A stretch of DNA of 64,000 nt from Mayamaea pseudoterrestris (lineage: Eukaryota): positions 248,001 through 312,000 of the forward strand of contig BROI01000021.1 in the NCBI GenBank assembly GCA_027923505.1, in the 5' to 3' direction. The notes beneath the pieces were generated by a model. The model made no database searches, was not told where the DNA came from, and was given only the letters and a program-made list of their open reading frames with translations. The translations under genes and the position numbers were made by a program. This document shows, piece by piece, positions 10,150 to 21,810 of the stretch (its first letter is position 1; every line of letters starts with the position of its first letter).

Positions 10150-13100
10150 ACCATTTACACCAGAACGGTGCCAAACATCAACGTCATTATTCAGGCTGCG
10201 CTACAAGAGTTGGTGGTGTCTCAGGGATGGCAATGATATTGGTGACAACTTGTCACCATTCTCAACCCGCTGATGCCGTGATATCAAACTGGTGCCCAAA
10301 TTACACCAGAATGGTGCCAACGTCATTATTCAGGTTTACAAAGATGGTAGGGGTTGGCTGGTAGCTCCCAGGGGATGGTGAATGGAGAGAAATTGTCACC
10401 AGTCTTAACCGTGATGCGTGAAAATTCAACGCCCCTACAGCAGGCCATTTATACACCCAAATGACACCAGAATGGTGCCAGCATCTTCAGGTGTAGAAGG
10501 GTGATGGACTTTGGTGACAACTTGTCACAGTCTCAGCTGCAGATGTCGTGACATTCAAATTAACCCACAGTAGGCAGTCGTAAGATCCAAATGACACCCA
10601 GAATGGTGCCAACTCACTTATACAACTTGCGCTACAAGATGGTTGGCTAGTGGGGGACGGAGTTTTGTCTCGGGAAAAGTGGTGAGTAGTTCTCACCAGT
10701 CTCATCCCACAGATGCCGTGACATTCAAACGCCTTTACAGCAGGCCATGTTTAAACCCATATAACACCAGAATGGTGCCAACATCATTGTTCAGGCTGCG
10801 CTACAAGATGGCAGGTCATTAGTGTCTCAGGATGGCAAAGAATTGGTGACAACTTGTCACCAGTCTCAGCTGCAGATGCCGTGATTATTCGAACGCCCCA
10901 CAGCAGGGGCCATGTATACACCCAATGACATGTGTGAATGGTGCCAACATCATCATTCAGGTGCTACAAGAGGGTATGCCTGGCTAGTGTCTCAGGGGAC
11001 GGAAAACGACAATTGTTTACATTGCTCGGCAGATGTGCGGAACAAACGCCCCACAGCAGGTTAACACCAATTGAAAACTGGAATGGTGCATATTATTCAG
11101 GTGCGCCACAAGATGGTATTGCTATGTCTCGTAGGAGCAATGATATTGGTGACAACTTGTCACCAGTCTCAGCTCTGCGGATGCTGTGTCATTCAAACGC
11201 CCCAGCAGGCATAATAACCAAATGACACCAGTTGCCAACATCATTATTCAGGCTGCGCCAAGAGATGGTGTCCGTGTCTCAGGGGACAGCAATGATACGT
11301 GAAACTTGTCACCAGTCTCAGCTTCAGATGTGACATTCAAACAATACAGAGGCATAAGGGAAGACAAATGACACAGAATGGTGCCAAACATCATTATTCA
11401 GGCTGCGCTACAAGCTGGTATGCACAACTCTGTCACCAGCCCCAGCTTGGGCGGATGCCGGGAGATTCAAACGTACAGCAGGCCAAGAATATACCCAAAT
11501 GACACCAAATTGGTGCCAACATCATTATTCAGGCTGCGTACAAGAGGTTGCTGGCTTGTGTCTCAGGGGACAGACGGTATTGGTGACAAATCTGTCACCA
11601 GTCTCAGCCCGCGTGACTCAAATTCAGAGGATGTCGAACAAAAAAGGAGCCAAACATTATTTAGGTGCGTAAAGAGTGGAGTCGTCTCAGGGGACAGATA
11701 GAGGTGAAAGTCACATTCAGATGCGTGAATTCAAACCACAGAGGCATATACCCAAATGATACCAGAATGGTGCCAACATCATTATTCAGGCTGCGCTACA
11801 AGATGGAATGCCTGGCTAGTGTCTCTTCAGGGGACGGATGATTTTGGTGACAACTTGTCACCAGTCTCAGCCAGCAGATGCTGTGACATTCAAACGCCCC
11901 TACAGCAGGCCACAATATACACCCAAATGACACCACAGAATGGTGCCAAATATCATTATTCAGGCTGCGCCACAAGCTGGTCTGCCTGGCTAGTGTCTCA
12001 GGGGACAGCAATGATATTGGTGACAACTTGTCACCAGTCTCGCCGGATGCCGTGACATTCAAATCGCCCCTACAGCAGGCCACAGTGAATATACCCAAAA
12101 GACACCAGAAGGTGCCAACATCATAATTAGTGCGCAACAAGATGGTATGCCTGGCTAGTGTCTCAGGGGACGGAAGATATTGGTGACAACTTGTCACCAG
12201 TCTCAGCCACAGATGCCGGGACATTCAAATGCCTACAGAGGCTGGGGATACACCCCAAAGGACACCAGAATGGTGCCAACATCATTATTCAGGCTGCGAG
12301 CTGGGATGTGTCTCAGGTGACGGGAATGATATTGGTGACAGCTTGTCACCAGTCTCAGCCTGCAGATGCCTGTGACATTCAAACGCCCCTACAGCAGGCC
12401 AGATAACCCAAATGACACCAGAATGGTGCCAACACATTATTCAGGCTGCACTACAAGATGGTATGCCTGGCTAGTGTCTCAGGGGACGGCAATGATATTG
12501 GTGACAACTTGTCACCAGTCTCAAGCTGCAGATGCTGTGACATTCAAACGCCCCTACAGCAGGCCATGTATACCCAAATGACACCAGAATGGTGCCAACA
12601 TCATTATTCAGGCTGCACTACAAGATGGTATGCCTGGCTAGTGTCTCAGGGGACAGCAATGATATTGGTGACAACTTGTCACCAGTCTCAGCCTGCAGAT
12701 GCCGTGACATTCAAACCCCCCTACAGCAAGCCATGTACACCAAATGACACCAGAATGGTGCCAACATCAATATTCATGCTGCGCAACAAGATAGTATGCC
12801 TGGCTAGTGTCTCAGGGGACGACAATGATATTGGTGACAACTTGTCACCAGTCTCAGCCTCGCAGATGCCGTGCATTCAAAGCCCTAACACCTGCTTCTG
12901 ACACCGATTTCGGTGCCAACTCCTCATTCAAAAGCTCCGCTACGGTATCCTTGGCTAGTGTCTTCAGTGGAGAGACGGCCGCGAATAGTCTTGGTCGCCA
13001 CACACGAAACGACTTGTCACCCGTCTCAACCTGCAGTCTATGCCGTGAGCTTCCAAAACGCCTCTACAGCAGACCATGGATATACACCCAAATGACACCA

Positions 13101-16100
13101 GAATGGTGCCAACATCATATTCAGACTATCGCTCACAAGATGGTATGCCACTGGCTAGTGTCTCAGGGGACAGCAATGATATGGTGACAACTTGTCACAG
13201 TCTCAGCCCGCAGATGCCGTGACATTCAAACACCCCTACAGCAGGCCATGTATCCCAATTGACACCAGAAGGTGCTAACATCTATTATTCAGGCTGCGCT
13301 ACAAGATGGCATATGCCTGGCAGTGTCTCAGGGGCACGGCAATGATATTGGTGACAACTTGTCACCAGTCTCAGCCTGCAGATGCCGTGACATTCAAACG
13401 CCCTACAGCAGGCCTGTAGTACTCCCAAATGACACCAGAATGGTGCCAACATCATTAATCAGGCGGCGCTACAATATAGTATGCCTGCCTAGTGTCTCAG
13501 TGGACGGCAATGATATTGTGAACAACTTGTCACCAGTCTCAGCCAGCAGATGCCATGACATTCAAACGCCCCTACAGCAGGCCATGTATACACCCAATTG
13601 ACACCAGAATGGTGCCAACATCAATTATTCCAGGCTACGCTACAAGATGGCATGCCTGGCTAGTGTCTCAGGGGACGGCAATGATTTTGGTGACAACTTG
13701 TCACCAGTCTCAGCCTGCAGATGCCGTGACATTCAAACGTCCCTACAGCAGGCCATATACTCCCAAATGACACCCAGAATGGTCCAATATCTTTGTTCAG
13801 GCTGCGCTACAAGATGGTATGCCTGGCAAGATGATCTCAGGGGACGGCAATGATATTGATGACAACTTGTCACCAGTTTCAGCCGTAGATCTGTGACATT
13901 CAAACACCCCTACAGCAGGCCAGTGACTATAACCCAAATGATCCACCAGAATGGTTGCCAACATCATTATTCAGGCTGCGCCACAAGATGTTATGCCTGG
14001 CTAGTGTCTCAGGGGACGGCAATGATAATGGTGACAACTTGTCACCAGTCTCAGCCTGCAGATGTCGTGACATTCAAACGCCCTACAGCAGGCCATGTAT
14101 TACACCCAAATGACACAGAATGGTGCCAACATCATCATTCAGGCTGCGCTACAAGATGGTATGCCTGGCTAGTGTCTCAGGGGACCAATGAATTGGTGAC
14201 AACTTGTCACCAGTCTCAGCCTGCAAGATGCCGTGACATTCAAACGCCCCATCAGCAGGCCATGTATACACCCAAATGACACCAGAATGGTGCTAACATC
14301 ATTATTCAGGCGCGCTACAAGATGGTTTGCCACTGGCTAGTGTCTACCAGGGGACGGCAATGATATTGGTGACAACTTGTCACCAGTCTCAGCCTGCAGA
14401 TGCCGTGACATTCAAACGCCCCTACAGCAGGCCATGTATACACCCAAATGACACCAGAATGGTGCCAACATCATTATTCAGGCTGCGCTACAAGATGGTA
14501 TGCCTGGCTAGTGTCTCAGGGGACAGCAATGATATTGGTGACAACTTGTCACCAGTCTCAGCCTGCAGATGCCGTGACATTCAAACGCCCCATCAGCAGG
14601 CCATGTATACACCCAAATGACACCAGAATGGTGCCAACATCATTATTCAGGCTGCGCTACAAGATGGTATGCCTGGCTAGTGTCTCAGGGGACGGCAATG
14701 ATATTGGTGACAACTTGTCACCAGTCTCAGCCTGCAGATGCCGTGACATTCAAACGCCCCTACAGCAGGCCATGCATACACCAAAAGACACCAGAATGGT
14801 GCCAACATCATTATTCAGGCTGCGCTACAAGATGGTATGCCTGGCTAGTGTCTCAGGGGACGGCAATGATATTGGTGACAACTTGTCACCAGTCTCAGCC
14901 TGCAGATGCCGTGACATTCAAACGCCCCTACAGCAGGCCATGTATACACCCAAATGACACCAGAATGGTGCCAACATCATTATTCAGGCTGCGCTACAAG
15001 ATGGTATGCCTGGCTAGTGTCTCAGGGGACGGCAATGATATTGGTGACAACTTGTCACCAGTCTCAGCCTGCAGATGCCGTGACATTCAAACGCCCCTAC
15101 AGCAGGCCATGTATACACCCAACTGACACCAGAATGGTGCCAACATCATTATTCAGGCTGCGCTACAAGATGGTATGCCTGGCTAGTGTCTTCCAGCAAT
15201 GATATTGGTGACAACTTGTCACCAGTCTCAGCCTGCAGATGCCGTGACATTCAAACGCCCCTACAGCAGGCCATGAATACACCCAAATGACACCAGAATG
15301 GTGCCAACATCATTATTCAGGCTGCGCTACAAGATGGTATTCCTGGCTAGTGTCTCAGGGGACGGCAATCATATTGGTGACAACTTGTCACCAGTTTCAG
15401 CCTGCAGATGCCGTGACATTCAAACAACCCACAGCAGGCCATGTATACACCCAAATGACACCAGAATGGTGCCAACATCATTTATCAGGCTGCGCTACAA
15501 GATGGTATGCCTGGCTAGTGTCTCAGGGGACGGCAATGATATTGGTGACAACTTGTCACCAGTCTCAGCCTGCAGATGCCGTGACATTCAAACGCCCCTA
15601 CAGCAGGCCATGTATACACCCAAATGACACCAGAATGGTGCCAACATCATCATTCAGGCTGCGCTACAAGATGGTATGCCTGGCTAGTGTCTCAGGGGAC
15701 GGCAATGATATTGGTGACAACTTGTCACCAGTCTCAGCCTGCAGATGCCGTGACATTCAAACGCCCCTACAGCAGGCCATGTATACACCCAAATGACACC
15801 AGAATGGTGCCAACATCATTATTCAGGCTGCGCCACAAGATGGTATGCCTGGCTAGTGTCTCAGGGGACGGCAATGATATTGGTGACAACTTGTCACCAG
15901 TCTCAGCCTGCAGATGCCGTGACATTCAAACGCCCCTACAGCAGGCCATGTATACACCCAAATGACACCAGAATGGTGCCAACATCATTATTCAGGCTGC
16001 GCTACAAGATGGTATGCCTGGCTAGTGTCTCAGGGGACGGCAATGATATTGGTGACAACTTGTCACCAGTCTCAGCCTGCAGATGCCGTGACATTCAATA

Positions 16101-19100
16101 AACACCTACAGCAGGCCATGTATACAACCAAATGATACCAGAATGGTGCCAACATCATTATTCAGGCTGCGCTACAAGATGGTATGCCTGGCTAGTGTCT
16201 CAGGGGACGGCAATGATATTGGTGACAACTTGTCACCAGTCTCAGCCTGCAGATGCCGTGACATTCAAACGCCCCTACAGCAGGCCATGTATACACCCAA
16301 ATGACACCAGAATGGTGCCAACATCATTATTCAGGCTGCGCTACAAGATGGTATGCCTGGCTAGTGTCTCAGGGGACGGCAATGATATTGGTGACAACTT
16401 GTCACCAGTCTCAGCCTGCAGATGCCGTGACATTCAAACGCCCCTACAGCAGGCCATGTATACACCCAAATGACACCAGAATGGTGCCAACATCATTATT
16501 CAGGCTGCGCTACAAGATGGTATGCCTGGCTAGTGTCTCAGGGGACGGCAATGATATTGGTGACAACTTGTCACCAGTCTCAGCCTGCAGATGCCGTGAC
16601 ATTCAAACGCCCTTCAGCAGGCCATGTATACACCCAAATGACACCAGAATGGTGCCAACATCATTATTCAGGCTGCGCTACAAGATGGTATGCCTGGCTA
16701 GTGTCTCAGGGGACGGCAATGATATTGGTGACAACTTGTCACCAGTCTCAGCCCGCAGATGCCGTGACATTCAAACGCCCCTACAGCAGGCCATGTATAC
16801 ACCCAAATGACACCAGAATGGTGCCAACATCATCATTCAGGCTGCGCTACAAGATGGTATGCCTGGCTAGTGTCTCAGGGGACGGCAATGATATTGGTGA
16901 CAACTTGTCACCAGTCTCAGCCTGCAGATGCCGTGACATTCAAACGCCCCTACAGCAGGCCATGTATACACCCAAATGACACCAGAATGGTGCCAACATC
17001 ATTATTCAGGCTGCGCTACAAGATGGTATGCCTGGCTAGTGTCTCAGGGGACGGCAATGATATTGGTGACAACTTGTCACCAGTCTCAGCCTGCAGATGC
17101 CGTGACATTCAAACACCCCTACAGCAGGCCATGTATACACCCAAATGACACCAGAATGGTGCCAACATCATTATTCAGGCTGCGCTACAAGATGGTATGC
17201 CTGGCTAGTGTCTCAGGGGATGGCAATGATATTGGTGACAACTTGTCACCAGTCTCAGCCTGCAGATGCCGTGACATTCAAACGCCCCTACAGCAGGCCA
17301 TGTATACACCCAAATGACACCAGAATGGTGCCAACATCATTATTCAGGCTGCGCTACAAGATGGTATGCCTGGCTAGTGTCTCAGGGGACGGCAATGATA
17401 TTGGTGACAACTTGTCACCAGTCTCAGCCCGCAGATGCCGTGACATTCAAACGCCCCTACAGCAGGCCATGTATACACCCAAATGACACCAGAATGGTGC
17501 CAACATCATTATTCAGGCTGCGCTACAAGATGGTATGCCTGGCTAGTGTCTCAGGGGATGGCAATGATATTGGTGACAACTTGTCACCAGTCTCAGCCTG
17601 CAGATGCCGTGACATTCAAACGCCCCTACAGCAGGCCATGTATACACCCAAATGACACCAGAATGGTGCCAACATCATTATTCAGGCTGCGCTACAAGAT
17701 GGTATGCCTGGCTAGTGTCTCAGGGGACGGCAATGATATTGGTGACAACTTGTCACCAGTCTCAGCCCGCAGATGCTGTGACATTCAAACGCCCCTACAG
17801 CAGGCCATGTAGACGCCCAAAAGACACCAGAATGGTGCCAACATCATTATTCAGGCTGCGCTACAAGATGGTATGCCTGGCTAGTGTCTCAGGGGACGGC
17901 AATGATATTGGTGACAACTTGTCACCAGTCTCAGCCTGCAGATGCCGTGACATTCAAACGCCCCTACAGCAGGCCATGTATACACCCAAATGACACCAGA
18001 ATGGTGCCAACATCATTATTCAGGCTGCGCTACAAGATGGTATGCCTGGCTAGTGTCTCAGGGGACGGCAATGATATTGGTGACAACTTGTCACCAGTCT
18101 CAGCCTGCAGATGCCGTGACATTCAAACGCCCCTACAGCAGGCCATGTATACACCCAAATGACACCAGAATGGTGCCAACATCATTATTCAGGCTGCGCT
18201 ACAAGATGGTATGCCTGGCTAGTGTCTCAGGGGACGGCAATGATATTGGTGACAACTTGTCACCAGTCTCAGCCTGCAGATGCCGTGACATTCAAACACC
18301 CCTACAGCAGGCCACGTATACGCCCAAATAACACCAGAATGGTGCCAACATCATTATTCAGGCTGCGCTACAAGATGGATTGCCTGGCTAGTGTCTCAGG
18401 GGACGGCAATGATATTGGTGACAACTTGTCACCAGTCTCAGCCTGCAGATGCCATGACATTCAAACGCCCTACAGCAGGCCATGTATACACCCAAATGAC
18501 ACCAGAATGGTGCCAACATCATTATTCAGGCTGCGCTACAAGATGGTATGCCTGGCTAGTGTCTCAGGGGACGGCAATGATATTGGTGACAACTTGTCAC
18601 CAGTCTCAGCCTGCAGATGCCGTGACATTCAAACGCCCCTACAGCAGGCCATGTATACACCCAAATGACACCAGAATGGTGCCAACATCATTATTCAGGC
18701 TGCGCTACAAGATGGTATGCCTGGCTAGTGTCTCAGGGGACGGCAATGATATTGGTGACAACTTGTCACCAGTCTCAGCCTGCAGATGCCGTGACATTCA
18801 AACGCCCCTACAGCAGGCCATGTATACACCCAAATGACACCAGAATGTTGCCAACATCATTATTCAGGCTGCGCTACAAGATGGTATGCCTGGCTAGTGT
18901 CTCAGGGGACGGCAATGATATTGGTGACAACTTGTCACCAGTCTCTTCAGGCTGCAGATGCCGTGACATTCAAACGCCCCTACAGCAGGCCATGTATACA
19001 CCCAAATGACACCAGAATGGTGCCAACATCATCATTCAGGCTGCGCTACAAGATGGTATGCCTGGCTAGTGTCTCAGGGGACGGCAATGATATTGGTGAC

Positions 19101-21553
19101 AACTTGTCACCAGTCTCAGCCTGCAGATGCCGTGACATTCAAACGCCCCTACAGCAGGCCATGTATACACCCAAATGACACCAGAATGGTGCCAACATCA
19201 TCATTCAGGCTGCGCTACAAGATGGTATGCCTGGCTAGTGTCTCAGGGGATGGCAATGATATTGGTGACAACTTGTCACCAGTCTCAGCCCGCAGATGCC
19301 GTGACATTCAAACGCCCCTACAGCAGGCCATGTATACACCCAAATGACACCAGAATGGTGCCAACATCATTATTCAGGCTGCGCTACAAGATGGTATGCC
19401 TGGCTAGTGTCTCAGGGGACGGCAATGATATTGGTGACAACTTGTCACCAGTCTCAGCCTGCAGATGCCCTGGCATTCAAAACGCACCTCCAGCAGGCCA
19501 TGTATATACCCAAATGACACCAGAATGGTGCTAACATCATTATTCAGGCTGCGCTACAAGATGGTATGCCTGGCTAGTGTCTCAGGGGACGGCAATGATA
19601 TTGGTGACAACTTGTCACCAGTCTCAGCCTGCAGATGCCGTGACATTCAAACGCCCCTACAGCAGGCCATGTATACACCCAAATGACACCAGAATGGTGC
19701 CAACATCATTATTCAGGCTGCGCTACAAGATGGTATGCCTGGCTAGTGTCTCAGGGGACGGCAATGATATTGGTGACAACTTGTCACCAGTCTCAGCCCG
19801 CGGATGCCGTGACATTCAAACGCCCCTACAGCAGGCCATGTATACACCCAAATGACACCAGAATGGTGCCAACATCATCATTCAGGCTGCGCTACAAGAT
19901 GGTATGCCTGGCTAGTGTCTCAGGGGACGGCAATGATATTGGTGACAACTTGTCACCAGTCTCAGCCTGCGGATGCCGTGACATTCAAACGCCCCTACAG
20001 CAGGCTATGTATACACCCAAATGACACCAGAATGGTGCCAACATCATCATTCAGGCTGCGCTACAAGATGGTATGCCTGGCTAGTGTCTCAGGGGACGGC
20101 AATGATATTGGTGACAACTTGTCACCAGTCTCAGCCAGCAGATGCCGTGACATTCAAACGCCCCTACAGCAGGCCACATATACACCCAAATGACACCAGA
20201 ATGGTGCCAACATCATTATTCAGGCTGCGCTACAAGATGGTATGCCTGGCTAGTGTCTCAGGGGACGGCAATGATATTGGTGACAACTTGTCACCAGTCT
20301 CAGCCTGCAGATGCCGTGACATTCAAACGCCCCTACAGCAGGCCATGTATACACCCAAATGACACCAGAATGGTGCCAACATCATATTTCAGGCTGAGCA
20401 ACAAGATGGTATGCCTGGCTAGTGTCTCAGGGGACGGCAATGATATTGGTGACAACTTGTCACCAGTCTCAGCAGACCCCCGCAGTGCCAACTCGCGGCC
20501 CCCTCGTGACATTCAAACGCCCCTACAGCAGGCCATGAATATACCCAAAAGACACCAGAATGGTGCCAACATCATCATTCAGGCTGCGCTACAAGATGGT
20601 ATGCCTGGCTAGTGTCTCAGGGGACGGCAATGATATTGGTGACAACTTGTCACCAGTCTCAGCCTGCAGATGCCGTGACATTCAAACGCCCCTACAGCAG
20701 GCTATGTATATACCCAAATGACACCAGATTGGTGCCAACGTCATCATTCAGGCTGTGCTACAAGGGGGTATGCCTGGCTAGTGTCTCAGGGGACGGCAAT
20801 GATATTGGTGACAACTTGTCACCAGTCTCAGCCCGCGGATGCCGTGACATTCAAACGCCCCTAGAGCAGGCCATGAATATACCCAAATGACACCAGAATG
20901 GTGCCAACATCATCATTCAGGCTGCGCTACAAGATGGTATGCCTGGCTAGTGTCTCAGGGGACGGCAATGAATTTGGTGACAACTTGTCACCAGTCTCAA
21001 CCTGCAGATGCCGTGACATTCAAACGCCCCTACAGCAGGCTATGTATACACCCAATTGACACCAGAATGGTGCCAACATCATTATTCAGGCTGTGCTACA
21101 AGGGGGTATGCCTGGCTAGTGTCTCAGGGGACAGCAATGATATTGGTGACAACTTGTCACCAGTCTCAGCCCGCAGATGCCATGACATTCAAACGCCCCT
21201 ACAGCAGGCCATGAATATACCCAAAAGACACCAGAATGGTGCCAACATCATCATTCAGGCTGTACTACAAGTGGGTATGCCTGGCTAGTGTCTCAGGAGA
21301 CGGCAATGATATTGGTGACAACTTGTCACCAGTTTTAGCCTACGGATGCTGTGACATTCAAACGCCCCTAGAGCAGGCCATGAATTTACCCAAATGACAC
21401 CAGAATGGTGCCAACATCATCATTCAGGCTGCGCTACAAGATGGTATGCCTGGCTAGTGTCTCAGGGGACGGTAATGATATTGGTGACAACTTGTCACCA
21501 GTCTCAGCCTGCAGATGCCGTGACATTCAAATGCCCCTTCAGCAGGCCATGTA
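10150..21553. repeat. Satellite family B, 169-bp monomer, ~67 copies, with a near-identical core at ~14350-20460
   Basis: Monomer aaatgacaccagaatggtgccaacatcattattcaggctgcgctacaagatggtatgcctggctagtgtctcaggggacggcaatgatattggtgacaacttgtcaccagtctcagcctgcagatgccgtgacattcaaacgcccctacagcaggccatgtatacaccc (169 nt by count). ORF-track starts recur every 169 bp (16132, 16301, 16470). Confidence 0.98.
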
Positions 21554-21810
21554 GGTCAAGAGTGATTTGGCCAGTTTTAAATTGTTCTTCCCAAACGCCT
21601 TCACTTGTTCTGCTATCAGCTCATTATACCGTTCAATTTCACAGTCTAGTATGCTCAAAGCGCCACTGTTATAGTGACTACGAGTAGTAGGTGCATGCTT
21701 CACTTGCGATGTCGAGGCCCTAGAACCTCTTACAGCAAGCTGTGTTCTCGAATCAGCTATTGCTGGCCGGGACACAATATCTTCAGCCTCTGTATTGTCA
21801 TCAGTAGACT

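Noticed and set aside
10150..21553. Dozens of 113-169 aa ORFs (MTPEWCQHHYSGCATRW...) as a repeat-protein gene family
   Set aside because: The 169-bp unit is not a multiple of 3, so frames rotate and hit stops. Variants and indels ignore codons, and the minus-strand GT-AG splicing I tried did not give an open repeat exon.
2597..21553. CRISPR array (palindromic repeat at regular spacing)
   Set aside because: The sequence between dyads is identical from unit to unit, so there are no unique spacers. No cas genes, and the context is eukaryotic.
2597..21553. Tandem 5S rRNA, tRNA, snRNA or spliced-leader gene array
   Set aside because: No recognisable 5S, tRNA or U-snRNA sequence, no Pol III A/B boxes and no oligo-T terminators. 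An Rfam search would be needed to exclude this fully.
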